DNA of 64,000 bases from an uncultured Clostridia bacterium (GCA_944386675.1 CALXBY010000003.1:17689-81688), one strand, 5' to 3'; numbered from the stretch's first letter, positions 41,331 through 52,831 are shown. Translations and numbers: made by a program. The notes: generated from the letters alone by a model not told the origin.

Positions 41331-41889
41331 ATATGATATTTATAATATGTATCAGTTTTATTTGAAATATACCAGAAATGACAATTTTTATGAAATTTTG
41401 GTCAATATATATTGGCTTTACTTGATACTTTATACTATTCTTTCTTACATACATATTAGAAATTCCTATGGATAAAATGCTTGAAAAAATTGCTACTAAC
41501 ATAGCTGTTAAAAATGCATTTTCTGTTCCAAATTGCATCTCTAAATTTAATTTTTTTATATACATACTTTTTCTCAATTCTTTTACCATATCTATAAATT
41601 TAAAATCTATCTTATCTTTATTATTCAAAATATCTTTTTCTAATTTCTTTATCTTTTCATTCATCTGAAATCTTTTCTGCATTTTGATTAATTTTTTCTT
41701 CGTTATTTTGAATTTTATGATTGGTAACTTTTCTAATATATTCAGTTTTAAAATTATTTCATATTTATCATTTATATGATTATTACTTTGTGTGTTTATG
41801 ACTAGATTTATGATTTTTATTTCTATTTTAGCCGTCATAAAGATTATGATTAGTAAAAGAATCACCAATAAAATAAAAGAAAAAACCAA
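41254..41889 (-). CDS. DUF2953/YtfI-like membrane protein
   Basis: 211 aa, N-terminal TM, positioned upstream of ytfJ as in the Bacillus ytfI-ytfJ operon. Confidence 0.5.
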   Translation of the reverse strand: MVFSFILLVILLLIIIFMTAKIEIKIINLVINTQSNNHINDKYEIILKLNILEKLPIIKFKITKKKLIKMQKRFQMNEKIKKLEKDILNNKDKIDFKFIDMVKELRKSMYIKKLNLEMQFGTENAFLTAMLVAIFSSILSIGISNMYVRKNSIKYQVKPIYIDQNFIKIVISGIFQIKLIHIINIIYVFNKKGGKKDERTSNRRSYDYSYE

Positions 41890-41967
41890 TTACATCACCT
41901 TATTTCAAGTTCTGTAATTAGTTTTCCCATCTTTTTGTAATTTAAACAATAATAGCAAAATTATTAC

Positions 41968-42717
41968 TTAAGCTCTTTTGGTTTTCTCCACAGTAATATC
42001 ACCAAATAATTCTTCTTGCGTTGTTTCTACTTTTTTTCTTCTTGACATTTCTAATAATCCACTAAATGCTGTTACTACTTCTTGTTTATTATGTTTATTT
42101 AAAGAGAATAATTTATTAAATACAAATCTTTTTTGTTTTACTAAAACTTTAAACATTTCTTTTACTTTACTAGCTACTGTATATGTTTCTACTAATGCAA
42201 TTTTCTCAATATTTTTTGCATTTTGATTAATTTTTACACGATTTCTTTCCATTAAGTCTTTATATATATTTGGAATCATTGTATTATCGTAATTTTTTTC
42301 CAATTTTTGTTTTGGAAGTGTAATCTCTTCTTGTATTTTATAATATCGATTTCCATTTTCTATATAATTTTGTTTTAATACTTTACTAATTTCTTTAAAC
42401 TTTTTATATTCTATAATTCTTCTAATTAATTCTTCCTCTGTTAATTCTTCTTCCTCTTCTTCCTGTTTTGGAAGTAATTTTTTGGATTTCAAATATAACA
42501 AAGTAGATGCCATTACCACAAATTCACTAGCAATTTCTAAATTCATCTCTTCCATTTCATTTAAATATTGTATATATTGATCTGATATTTCATTTAAATT
42601 AATATCATATATACTCATTTTATTTTTTTCTATCAAATGGCATAATAAATCAAGAGGACCTTCAAAGTTCTCTATTTTTATAGCATATTTTTTTGTTTCT
42701 AATGTTAATATTGACAT
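41968..42717 (-). CDS. scpA: segregation and condensation protein A (kleisin ScpA)
   Basis: 249 aa; N-terminal FEGPLDLLLHLI and C-terminal winged-helix. Confidence 0.85.
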   Translation of the reverse strand: MSILTLETKKYAIKIENFEGPLDLLCHLIEKNKMSIYDINLNEISDQYIQYLNEMEEMNLEIASEFVVMASTLLYLKSKKLLPKQEEEEEELTEEELIRRIIEYKKFKEISKVLKQNYIENGNRYYKIQEEITLPKQKLEKNYDNTMIPNIYKDLMERNRVKINQNAKNIEKIALVETYTVASKVKEMFKVLVKQKRFVFNKLFSLNKHNKQEVVTAFSGLLEMSRRKKVETTQEELFGDITVEKTKRA

Positions 42718-42737
42718 ACATATCTCCTCTTATATTT

Positions 42738-43184
42738 TTATACATCTTCTAATGCTGTATTAATATTCTCTTTTTTATATCCTTTTTTTAATAAATATTG
42801 TTTTATTTCTTCTATTTCCAATGAAGTCATTTTTTTACTTACAATATTTCTTGCAGATTTTATTTCATATTCATTCAATTCTTCTTTATTTTGATAGATA
42901 TAATCTTCTATATCTTCTTTTCTAATTCCTTTACCATATAACTTATATTCTATTTCTCGAATAGATAAATTTTTTAGCGCTATAAAATTATTAACTGTTT
43001 TTCTAATATATTCTTTATCATCAATGTATTTTGCTTCTTTTAAATATTCTATAACATCTTCTAATAAATTTGGTTCTATCTCATTTTCAAATTTTCTTCT
43101 TATTTCATTTTCGCTTCTCTTTTTATATAACACATATTTTAACACTTTCGTTTTTTCTTTATCAAATTCTTCTATTGTATACAT
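42738..43184 (-). CDS. RecX-like regulatory protein
   Basis: 148 aa of three-helix repeats (YIDDKEYIRKTV...KKGYKKENINTALE); assignment by pattern only. Confidence 0.45.
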   Translation of the reverse strand: MYTIEEFDKEKTKVLKYVLYKKRSENEIRRKFENEIEPNLLEDVIEYLKEAKYIDDKEYIRKTVNNFIALKNLSIREIEYKLYGKGIRKEDIEDYIYQNKEELNEYEIKSARNIVSKKMTSLEIEEIKQYLLKKGYKKENINTALEDV

Positions 43185-43194
43185 GTTTTCTCCT

Positions 43195-44049
43195 TTATAA
43201 CTCTATAAATTTATAAACTGCTTCTGCAAATCCTCCTGTTTTTACTGTATTTTTTGTCACATAAGAAGCTGCTTTTTCTACGACTTTGTAACTTCCTCCT
43301 ATTGCTACTCCCACTCCTGCATGTTTTATCATCTCTATATCATTAATATTGTCTCCTACAGCCATGACTTCTTCATTTGAAATTTTTAAATATTTGCTTA
43401 ATTCTTTAATGGCATCATATTTGGTTACATGTCTTGGAACAATATCTAAATATTCATATTCTTGTCCTATAATCTTATCCATATATTGACCATATTTCTT
43501 AATTTGTATGGCTGTTAACTCTTCTTCTTTCTCAATTTCCGTTTTAATTTCTTTTAAATCTGTTTCTCCTGATATTACCAATTTTAAGATGTTTGGATTT
43601 TGTTCTTGAATGTAATTTTCTAAAGAATCTACTGTTTCGAACTGTACCTGATTTTTATACAATATATAATTTCTATACGCCATGTATTGTAAACTTCCTT
43701 GTGTAATAATTTGACTATCTGTATAAATATGTACATGTAGGTGATAATTTTTAGCAATCTTTAAACAATCAATTGCTTTATTATTGGGTACAACATTTCT
43801 GCCGATTTCTTCTCCAGTCTTTAAATTTATAATTTGTGTTCCATTACCAAAAATCCCATAAGTAGGATTTAACTTATGGCACAAATCTTTTGTCATTGCA
43901 TAGGTTTTCCCAGTACAAATTGCAAAATTAACAGTTGTTGAAGTTTGTAATTTATGAATTACATTTAAATCATCATTTGTTACTTGATTTTGATTATCAA
44001 TAATGGTTCCATCTAAATCACTGGCTAATAATTTTATCATAACATCCAC
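43195..44049 (-). CDS. Cof-type HAD-IIB phosphatase
   Basis: 284 aa; SDLDGTI motif I, VAVGDNINDIEM motif IV. Confidence 0.8.
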   Translation of the reverse strand: MDVMIKLLASDLDGTIIDNQNQVTNDDLNVIHKLQTSTTVNFAICTGKTYAMTKDLCHKLNPTYGIFGNGTQIINLKTGEEIGRNVVPNNKAIDCLKIAKNYHLHVHIYTDSQIITQGSLQYMAYRNYILYKNQVQFETVDSLENYIQEQNPNILKLVISGETDLKEIKTEIEKEEELTAIQIKKYGQYMDKIIGQEYEYLDIVPRHVTKYDAIKELSKYLKISNEEVMAVGDNINDIEMIKHAGVGVAIGGSYKVVEKAASYVTKNTVKTGGFAEAVYKFIEL

Positions 44050-44051
44050 CT

Positions 44052-44522
44052 TTACTTTTGTTTTTCTTCATCCCATCCGAATTCACTATAGGGTATTTTA
44101 TGTATGTAATTATAAATCGCTTCCTTTCTATCATCTACTAGATTTTCTGGAAGATGATGAATATCAAACCATTTTATTTCTTCGTTCTTTTCTGGTTCAC
44201 CTATTTTAGGTTCATTTTTCCATTTTGTTGTCTTAAAATATCCATTATAATAAATCGTATCTTTTCCATTTATTTTATGGACTAATGACACAAATTCTAA
44301 ATCTTTTATATCAATATCAATTAATAACTCTTCTTTTGCTTCTCTTTTCATTGCCATTTTCATGCTTTCCATATTTTCTACATGACCACTTGCTGAATAA
44401 TCCCAATAGCCATCCATATATCCTGTATTTTTTCTTTTTTGTAATAGGATTTCTTCTACTCCATTTTTTTCTCTAATTAACATCAGCATAACAGCTGATA
44501 ATGTTCTATATCTCTCTTTCAT
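44052..44522 (-). CDS. NUDIX hydrolase
   Basis: 156 aa; Nudix box GHVENMESMKMAMKREAKEELLI. Confidence 0.8.
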   Translation of the reverse strand: MKERYRTLSAVMLMLIREKNGVEEILLQKRKNTGYMDGYWDYSASGHVENMESMKMAMKREAKEELLIDIDIKDLEFVSLVHKINGKDTIYYNGYFKTTKWKNEPKIGEPEKNEEIKWFDIHHLPENLVDDRKEAIYNYIHKIPYSEFGWDEEKQK

Positions 44523-44614
44523 ATTTTTACCCCCTTTCTATTTTACTATAATCAATTGGAAATAGCAACCATAAAAAGAAAGAAGATACATATCTTCATG
44601 TATCTCCCCCTTTT

Positions 44615-45670
44615 TTATTCTTCTTCGTCATCATCCATATCAATTTCAGGTATTTCTTCTCCTAAACTTTCTTCAAATACTTTTTCAAAGTCTTGTCTTA
44701 CTTTTCCTTCTATTTCTTCTAACATTTTTGGATTTTCTTTTAAGTATTTCTTAACATTTTCTCTTCCCTGTCCAATTCTTTCTCCATTATAGCTAAACCA
44801 AGAACCTGCTTTTTCTACAATATCTAAATTAACAGCCATATCTAGAATATTACCCTCTTTTGAAATTCCTTCACCATAGATAATGTCAAACTCTGCTTCT
44901 CTAAATGGAGGTGCTACTTTATTTTTTATAACTTTTACTCTTACTCTATTTCCCTTTACTTCTCCATCTTGTTTAATATTCTCTATTTTTCTAATGTCCA
45001 TTCTAACAGATGCGTAGAATTTTAGTGCTCTACCACCAGTTGTTGTTTCTGGATTTCCAAACATAACTCCTATTTTTTCTCTTAATTGGTTAATAAAAAT
45101 TAAAACCGTTTTAGATTTATTGATTGCTCCCGCTAATTTTCTTAAAGCTTGTGACATAAGTCTTGCTTGTAATCCCATGTGTGAATCTCCCATATCACCA
45201 TCAATTTCAGCTTTTGGGACTAATGCTGCTACAGAATCCACTACAATAACATCTAAGGCTCCACTTCTAACCAAGCTTTCTGTTATTTCTAATGCTTGCT
45301 CTCCAGTATCTGGTTGAGATACAATTAAATTATCTATATCTACACCTAATTTTTTTGCATACACTGGGTCTAATGCATGTTCTGCATCTATAAATGCTGC
45401 TTCTCCTCCTATTTTTTGTGCCTCTGCAATAATATGTAAGGCTAATGTTGTTTTACCTGAAGATTCTGGTCCAAATACTTCTATGATTCTTCCTCTTGGT
45501 ACTCCTCCAATTCCTAATGCAATATCCAAACTCAAAGCACCTGTTGGAATTGCTTCTATTTCCATGGCTTTAAATTCTCCTAATTTCATAACAGAACCTT
45601 TACCAAATTGTTTTTCTATCTGACTCATTGCTGCTTCTAATGCCTTCTTTTTTTCTGCATTTTCACTCAT
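44615..45670 (-). CDS. recA: recombinase RecA
   Basis: 351 aa; GPESSGKTT Walker A, canonical RecA core. Confidence 0.95.
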   Translation of the reverse strand: MSENAEKKKALEAAMSQIEKQFGKGSVMKLGEFKAMEIEAIPTGALSLDIALGIGGVPRGRIIEVFGPESSGKTTLALHIIAEAQKIGGEAAFIDAEHALDPVYAKKLGVDIDNLIVSQPDTGEQALEITESLVRSGALDVIVVDSVAALVPKAEIDGDMGDSHMGLQARLMSQALRKLAGAINKSKTVLIFINQLREKIGVMFGNPETTTGGRALKFYASVRMDIRKIENIKQDGEVKGNRVRVKVIKNKVAPPFREAEFDIIYGEGISKEGNILDMAVNLDIVEKAGSWFSYNGERIGQGRENVKKYLKENPKMLEEIEGKVRQDFEKVFEESLGEEIPEIDMDDDEEE

Positions 45671-45791
45671 AATTTTCCTCCTTATTTTTTGAACTTTTGT
45701 TTGATATTGTTATTATATATCAAAAATTTGTTTTGTCAATACTTATTTTAAAAAAATTTTAAAGCTGTTTTATCCTATACTATTTATTTGC

Positions 45792-47373
45792 TTATTTATA
45801 CCATGTTTCTATGCCACAAAATGGGTTGAACCAATTTGAGTTGATTTCTCCTACTAATTCTGTATTATATGCAATAGTATGTTTATTCGTATATAAACTA
45901 ATATATGGTATCTCTGTCTTATAAATTTCTGCAAGTCTTGTATAATCATTTTTTATAATTTGCTCATCCGTTGTATTTTTTACTTCATTCATTAAATTAG
46001 TAACTTCTTCATTATTATAATTTGCTAAATTTCCATCTCCAAAGAATAAAGACATATCTGGAGCTGGTGATAAATTCACACTACACAAAATCATATCGTA
46101 AGATTTATTTTGTATTGCAATATTGTACTGCTCATTAGAATATTGTTGAATATTGACTCTAATTCCTTGGTTAGCTAATTGTGTTCTTATATTTTCAGCT
46201 ACTGCAACTTGTGTACTATTTGATGCTTTTACAATTAAATTTAATTCAATTCTCCTTGTTCTATAATCTATTGTTTTTTGCCAATAACCATTTCTATAGC
46301 TCCATCCATTTTCTGATAATAATTGATTTGCTTGTTCAGGATTGTATCCAGAGCTTACATCTTGTTCTTGGTATACCCAATTCCCATAATCTAATGGGAA
46401 ACTTGACGTATAATATTTATTTTGAAAAACATCAGATACAATATTATTTTTATCTATTGAATAAGATATTGCTTTTCTTACTTCTTGATTAGCTAGTAAT
46501 TCATTTTGTGTATTTAAAACAATAAAATCATGTTCTCTTCCTTTTATTTCTTTTGTATTATATCCGAATAGTTCCTATATAATCTTGTATATTGGTATTA
46601 TTGGTACTTACTAAATCCACATTTCCCAATTTGAATGCATTATATAGCTCACCTACTGAGTCATATACATTAACATTTATTTTCTCTATCGTAATTTCTG
46701 TATCTCTCTCCCACCAATTTGTATTTTTTGTAAGCGTTATATAATTTTCTTGTACACTATCTACTTTATACTTTCCAGTTCCTACTGGTACAATTCCTGT
46801 ATTATAATAATCTTGTGTATCATAAAAAGTCTTAGATAATATAGGAAATGTTAGATAATATTCAAAAAATGGTACTTCTTGGTCTAAATACATTTTCACT
46901 GTATAGTCATCTACGATTTCTAACATTGTAACATGTTCCAGATTACTAGAATATATTGAAGAATTTTCTTTTAGCTTATCATATGTAAACTGAACATCTG
47001 CTGAAGTAAATCTTTCTCCATCTGACCATTTTACATTTTCTCTCAATTTTATAATATAGGTTGTTGCATCTTGTTTTGCCCATTCTGTAGCTAACATTGG
47101 TGTTGCTTTATAATCTGAAGATATATCAACTAATGGTTCATAAATTAATTTTGTTATATCTTGAACATTTTTATTAGTCGTTAATAATGGATTTAATGTA
47201 TCACACTGTGCAATTCCTAATCTGATTTCTTTTACAATTTCTTGATTTTCTGTAGCTATCGTTTCTTCTTCTGTTTCCCCATTATTTTCATTATTTCTTA
47301 TAACAAAAAAAGCAATAACTACAATTATAATAACAAATATAATAAATATATATTTAAAAATATTAGATTTCAT
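45792..47373 (-). pseudogene. ABC transporter family-5 (Opp/Dpp-like) substrate-binding protein, one frameshift near 46560-46575
   Basis: N-terminal 271-aa ORF (signal/TM, ...TPMLATEWAKQD...) stops at 46558; translation continues in another frame (GYNTKEIKGREHDFIVLNTQNE... to ...ETWYK) without further interruption. Confidence 0.6.
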
Positions 47374-47408
47374 CTCTCACCTCTAGCTTAAATTATTCTT
47401 TCTAGATT

Positions 47409-47897
47409 TTATAATGCTCTAATTTCTTCTTCTGTTAAATTTGTTACCTCTTTTATAAATTCAATATCTGTACCTTTTTCCTTCATCTTTTTTGCAGTTT
47501 CTTTTATGCCTTCTTTTCTTCCTTCTTTTTTTCCTTCTTCTCTTCCTTCTTCTCTTCCTTCTCTCATTGCAAACCTTTTAATTGCTTTTTCATCCATAAT
47601 AGCTTTTTCTCTCAGTTCTGCAAGCTTTTGCATTTTTTCATCCTCGCTCATAATCTTTAATTTTTCTTTTGCTTCTTTCATTTCTTGATTATCTTTCATA
47701 TATTCCCCCACCTTTTCACTTTCTGGATTTTCTATGAAATATATCCATTTCATTAATTCTTCTTCTCTTTTTGCTCCTTTTATTCTATATACCTTTGGCA
47801 TTTCAATTATATGTATTTCTAAATCTTCTGTCAATATATGTTTTCGATATTTTTCCTCGATTATCTTCCATTTACTATGATATTCTAGCTCCTTCAA
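47409..47897 (-). pseudogene. C-terminal remnant of an Rpn-family (YhgA-like, transposase_31/PD-(D/E)XK) recombination-promoting nuclease; N-terminal nuclease domain absent
   Basis: ...EIHIIEMPKV... followed by the family-typical REGREEGREEGKKEGRKEGIKE repeat and ...LTEEEIRAL tail; only TTG start; upstream 370 bp is non-coding. Confidence 0.55.
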
Positions 47898-48267
47898 TTC
47901 TTTTATTTCAAAATTTACTATTAATACCTCTATGTTTTTTTTTCAAATTCACATAGTCATTTCCAGATTTTAAATTTTTTGTATAAATTCTTGCCCAATA
48001 ATATAAATTTGTTTTGATTCAATAATTGTTTATAATTAAATTGCTTTTTTGAATTTTTAAGATTTTAAAATTTTGCTTATAAAATAATTGATATAAAAAA
48101 ACTAAATGAAAATTTCTAGTAATAAAAACTATTATATATAACAAAATAAAATTATGTTAATAATATATCACGAAATTTTAAAGTTAGCAAGTATTGTATA
48201 TAAAAAATTGAGCCCTACATCCAATAAGACTCAATTTTTTTCCTTCTATTTTTTTACTAATTACCAT

Positions 48268-48831
48268 TTACATATGAAATTTCCTTATAATAGTTTCTTT
48301 TACATCTCTTGCTGAAAGGATAATTGTAAGTATAAAATTTACAATAGAAATTCCAATAGCCACATAGCTTAAAATATAGTTATCAATTAGCTCTTTTTGT
48401 ATAAAATAAATTGGTAATAGGCTATAAATGCAAATAACTAATTGATATATAGCATATCTCATATATTTCCTATGACTAACGATAGTTAATACTAACATCG
48501 TCATATTCGCTATCATGATAATAATAGGAATTGAAATTTCTAAAGACCAACCTTTAAATCCTAAGTTATAATCTATATAAGTTGTTAACAGTGAAATAGC
48601 AATTGCTTGTATCATAACATGACCTGCAATATTGGTTCTTTTATTAATCGAATATCTTACCGTTATCCATGCATATATAATTCCACTATTGGCAAGTGCT
48701 GCCCAATGAATTTCTGGCGTTGTTAACTTATTAATAATTGTTAATATAATAGCTATTAACAATGAAACCCCCAATAATATTTTTATCAATAAATTACTCT
48801 TTTTACTACTTAATTTTTTAGGATATAACAT
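48268..48831 (-). CDS. hypothetical polytopic membrane protein
   Basis: 187 aa, ~5 TM helices. Confidence 0.5.
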   Translation of the reverse strand: MLYPKKLSSKKSNLLIKILLGVSLLIAIILTIINKLTTPEIHWAALANSGIIYAWITVRYSINKRTNIAGHVMIQAIAISLLTTYIDYNLGFKGWSLEISIPIIIMIANMTMLVLTIVSHRKYMRYAIYQLVICIYSLLPIYFIQKELIDNYILSYVAIGISIVNFILTIILSARDVKETIIRKFHM

Positions 48832-48878
48832 ATATGATTCCTTTCTATTTCTATCTTCTTTTTAATTACTTTAGCTTT

Positions 48879-50165
48879 CTATGATTTGTTAATGTCTAAA
48901 ATTTCATTACTTTCAATGGTCACATGAATCTTTCTTTTTGTTAGAAATTCATAAAATGCTTTTTCAATATGACAATCATCTAAAATAGAAGTAAATGTAA
49001 ATACAATATGATTTTCAAAAGAGCATGCTGAACATTTAATCTTTTCTACTGGTTCAGGTGCAATTAACATTAAAAAATCTTGTATATATTTTTGATACTT
49101 ACCTATGATACCAATTCTTCCTATATTAGAAAAAGTTGTTGTTGTATATTTTCTAATTTCTAAATAACTTAATCGAACAATTGGCTTTTTTAGGACCAAT
49201 GGTATCATTTTTATAAATAAATTTGTTCCTAATTTTACATTACCAGACATTGTTTTTTGTATTTCTTCTGGTGTCAACTTTTTTTCAAAATCTTCCTTTA
49301 CAAATGCTAATATTTTATCAAATGTATCTAAATTATCTTTTTGCATTTGAGCTTCTACAGTTATATATGAAAAGAAATTAGAAATTGTATTAGAAGGAAA
49401 ATATTTTTTTAAGTTAACTGGTATACATACTTTTATTGGTTTTTTTCCTTTATTTTTTAAATAATTTGCTTGATAAATAGCATAAATTAAAACTGCTGTT
49501 AAGTATTGCGTAATCGTTGCATTATTATTTTTTGCTTCTTGTTTTAACTCATTTAAGTCAATAATTTCATGTATAGCTGAAATGGCTCCTAACTTTATCT
49601 TTCTACCTGCTAATTTATATGCTTTTTTAGAAGAATTATTTCCTTTGGCTTTTTTATCATAATTTCTTATATAACTATCTTCTGTGGATAAGTCAATCTT
49701 TCTTTTTATTCTCAATTCTTCTTGAAATTCTTCTTTATGTGATAGTTCTATATAATTATAGACAATTTCTCTAAAAAACATGACACCACTATTTCCGTCT
49801 GTTAATGAATGAAAAATGTCAATATTTATCTTTTTATCAAAATAAGTAACTTTAAACAAATAATTGTTATTTTCTCTTGGTTCTATATATTTACAAGGAT
49901 ATTCTTTTTCTAGCTCTATAATTGGTCTTTTAGGATTATATTCTAAGTAATTCCAAAAAAATCCATTTTTTAATCGAACTCTAAAGAATTCATATTGCTC
50001 TAATGCTTTTTCTACAGCTATTTCTAATATATCTGGTTGTATTTTTTCTTTTAAAACTGCTGATAATCTAAAGACTGTACTATATTTTTTTCCAGCAGAA
50101 ATAGGAAATATTTTTGCTGAATTATCTAATTTTCTCCAATATAATTTTTCTTTTTTATCACTCAT
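48879..50165 (-). CDS. condensation-domain-like acyltransferase (HxxxDG motif; WS/DGAT- or alcohol-acetyltransferase-like)
   Basis: 428 aa; DIFHSLTDGNSG ~ HHxxxDG catalytic motif. Confidence 0.55.
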   Translation of the reverse strand: MSDKKEKLYWRKLDNSAKIFPISAGKKYSTVFRLSAVLKEKIQPDILEIAVEKALEQYEFFRVRLKNGFFWNYLEYNPKRPIIELEKEYPCKYIEPRENNNYLFKVTYFDKKINIDIFHSLTDGNSGVMFFREIVYNYIELSHKEEFQEELRIKRKIDLSTEDSYIRNYDKKAKGNNSSKKAYKLAGRKIKLGAISAIHEIIDLNELKQEAKNNNATITQYLTAVLIYAIYQANYLKNKGKKPIKVCIPVNLKKYFPSNTISNFFSYITVEAQMQKDNLDTFDKILAFVKEDFEKKLTPEEIQKTMSGNVKLGTNLFIKMIPLVLKKPIVRLSYLEIRKYTTTTFSNIGRIGIIGKYQKYIQDFLMLIAPEPVEKIKCSACSFENHIVFTFTSILDDCHIEKAFYEFLTKRKIHVTIESNEILDINKS

Positions 50166-50175
50166 GATTTACTCC

Positions 50176-51078
50176 TTAGTTATTTTTTAATTCTCTTACT
50201 ACATCATTATATGCTTGCTTTGTTACATCTTCTCCTGAATTATTATCAATAATCCAAATATGTTTTGCATCCTTATATTCTTTTATTTCTACATCACCAC
50301 TTACACTTTCTGCTTTTTCTTTTAGTAATTGACAATCTGGATTTAATATGTCTTCTGTTCCAATAAAGATTTTTATGTTTTTTAGTGTTGATAAATTTCC
50401 ATCTATTGGATTTACTAAATAGCTATTAATTCCATCATTTCCTGCATAAGCAATTCCTGCTACCCTTAATGCCTCTTTATTTAGAATGGTATCTTTTTTC
50501 TCTATTTTACGTATATTTTCATTTTGTAATCTTACGTCTAACCATGGAGATATTAAAATTGTTTTTGAAGGAAGCATAATTTCTTCTTCTGCCATTTTTT
50601 CATATAATCCAAGTGCTAAACCGCCTCCTGCAGAATCTCCCATTATAATTAAATTTTCATTTCCTACCTTTTCTATGATTTTTTTATATAATGGTCCTAC
50701 CATATTATATACATCCTTATAATGATATTTTGGAGTTAATGGATAATCTGGCATAATCACGGTATATCCTGTATCTTTTACAATATTTTCTAAAAAGTTC
50801 CAATGATTTTGAGTTGCTTCTGCAACATAAGAACCACCATGAAAATACAATATATATTTTTGTGCATTACTTTCTGCTTCATTTTTCTTTGTAATTGTAA
50901 ATATATTCCTTTCTTCATATTTATATGTATTTATTTCACAATCTTCAATAACTTGTTTTGGCTTTCTTGTTTCAATATCTGTATTAAAAAAGTATGCTAT
51001 TGTTAATGCTAAAATAATACTACACAATAATATGCTTACTACCATTATTTTTAATATTAATGATTTCATTTTTTCCAC
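50176..51078 (-). CDS. alpha/beta-hydrolase fold esterase/lipase (HSL-like)
   Basis: 300 aa; YFHGGSY oxyanion motif, GDSAGG nucleophile elbow; N-terminal TM. Confidence 0.8.
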   Translation of the reverse strand: MEKMKSLILKIMVVSILLCSIILALTIAYFFNTDIETRKPKQVIEDCEINTYKYEERNIFTITKKNEAESNAQKYILYFHGGSYVAEATQNHWNFLENIVKDTGYTVIMPDYPLTPKYHYKDVYNMVGPLYKKIIEKVGNENLIIMGDSAGGGLALGLYEKMAEEEIMLPSKTILISPWLDVRLQNENIRKIEKKDTILNKEALRVAGIAYAGNDGINSYLVNPIDGNLSTLKNIKIFIGTEDILNPDCQLLKEKAESVSGDVEIKEYKDAKHIWIIDNNSGEDVTKQAYNDVVRELKNN

Positions 51079-51210
51079 CTTTTCATTTTTTCATCTTTTA
51101 TTTTTCATGAGTAATATTTTACCATATTTTCTATTTAAAGTACAAGTATTTTCTATTTCAAAGACAAAAAAACAGCTATTTATATAATAGCTGTTAATTC
51201 ATTTTATTTT

Positions 51211-52092
51211 TTATGCTCTTGGATGTGCTTTTCTATAAATATCTCTTAATCCTTCATCTTGGAATTGCATATATACTTGTGTTGATGATATATCTGAATG
51301 TCCAAGCATTGTTTGAATTGCTTTTAAATCTGCACCATTTTGTAATAAATGTGTTGCAAACGAATGTCTTAATACATGTGGTGTTATATCTTTCGTTATA
51401 TGTGCTTGTTCTTTATAATATTTTATAATTTTCCAGAAACCTTGTCTTGTTAGTCTTCCACCATTTATATTAACAAATAGGGCTTTTTCATCCTCATTTT
51501 TGATTAAGATTCCCCTTGCTTCTTCTATATATTCTTTTAATGCCTTTAATGACATTGTACCTAATGGTATAATCCTTTGTTTGTTTCCATTTTTACAAAT
51601 AACGTAGGCTTCTTCTAAATTAACATCATCTATATCTAATGAAATAATTTCTGTAACTCTCATTCCTGTAGCATATGCAAACTCTAGCATTGCCTTATCT
51701 CTTATTCCTTTTAAATCAACATCATCTGGTTGTTTTAATAATAATTCTACTTCTTTTGCTGTTAATACACTTGGTGTTCTCTTTTCTATTTTTGGAGATT
51801 GGATATTTGCTGTTGGATCAGCTTTTATCTTTTTATTTTTTAATATAAATTGATAAAATGATCTAATAGATGCTATACATCTAGAAATACTTGAGGCTTT
51901 TTTTCCATTTTCTTGCAATTGGTTAATGTAATCTTGAATATCTTCTTCTTTCACTCTATTGTAATGAATACCATTTTCCTCTAGATATTTTCTAAATTGT
52001 TTTAAATCTCTTTTGTATGATTGTAATGTATTTTCTGATAATTTCTTATCATTTTCTAAAAAGTTAAAAAAGAATTTTAATTGTCTCTCCAT
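51211..52092 (-). CDS. xerD: tyrosine site-specific recombinase XerD
   Basis: 293 aa; C-terminal HVLRHSFATHLL...LGHSDISSTQVY with catalytic Tyr; adjacent to spoIIM as in Bacillus. Confidence 0.75.
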   Translation of the reverse strand: MERQLKFFFNFLENDKKLSENTLQSYKRDLKQFRKYLEENGIHYNRVKEEDIQDYINQLQENGKKASSISRCIASIRSFYQFILKNKKIKADPTANIQSPKIEKRTPSVLTAKEVELLLKQPDDVDLKGIRDKAMLEFAYATGMRVTEIISLDIDDVNLEEAYVICKNGNKQRIIPLGTMSLKALKEYIEEARGILIKNEDEKALFVNINGGRLTRQGFWKIIKYYKEQAHITKDITPHVLRHSFATHLLQNGADLKAIQTMLGHSDISSTQVYMQFQDEGLRDIYRKAHPRA

Positions 52093-52192
52093 TTTATTCC
52101 CCTACCTCTATATATTTTGAATTATATTTACATAAACTATATATGTTATATCAAACAATTTTAAAATTGTAAATACATTTTTTCATATTTTT

Positions 52193-52831
52193 TTAAAAAT
52201 ATTTAATTACAAGCTTTAGCAAATTAGTAGACATAAATATCTCTACCACAGATGCTATTAGTAGTACAATTAACATAATAATTGAAAATACAGTATGTCT
52301 TAATATCTCTAATTTTATATTTTCTTTTCTTTTATCTTTTACAATAGATTTATATAATTTGATTCCACTCACAGCTAAAGCTAGAATTGCAGGAATTAAT
52401 AATATGTTTTGCAGAAGTAATGTAACTAACACAAAATTAATTCCTTTTCCTAGCCCCATTATGGTTATACATAATGATATCGTATATCCTAAACAAAATC
52501 CTCTATATATGATAATACCAAATACAATTGGAATACCTATTACTGTTGTTCCAAAAAACCAGATTGTAATTGCTAATATCACGTTTTGCATAATTGAATT
52601 TTTTAATAATTCTATACTATTAATTTTTTCTAGTCCTTTAAATTTTTCTACAAATTGATTTAAATAATTGATTATTTCTGTTTTAGGCTCTTCTTGTATA
52701 TTGTTAATAAAAAAGACTCCACTAAATATGCCAACAACAAATATTAAAAATACAATTGCATATTCTTTTTTATTATTTATGACATGTTCTTTTATTATTT
52801 TTAATACTTTAAATTCTTTTCTTTCTCTCAT
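52193..52831 (-). CDS. spoIIM: stage II sporulation protein M
   Basis: 212 aa polytopic membrane protein of SpoIIM size and topology. Confidence 0.7.
   Translation of the reverse strand: MRERKEFKVLKIIKEHVINNKKEYAIVFLIFVVGIFSGVFFINNIQEEPKTEIINYLNQFVEKFKGLEKINSIELLKNSIMQNVILAITIWFFGTTVIGIPIVFGIIIYRGFCLGYTISLCITIMGLGKGINFVLVTLLLQNILLIPAILALAVSGIKLYKSIVKDKRKENIKLEILRHTVFSIIMLIVLLIASVVEIFMSTNLLKLVIKYF

Noticed and set aside
51211-52092. Tyrosine recombinase as a sign of a prophage or integrative element
   Set aside because: It has the XerD-type C-terminal motif and sits beside spoIIM as in Bacillus. No phage structural genes, att-like direct repeats or tRNA target are nearby. It is called the chromosomal dimer-resolution recombinase.
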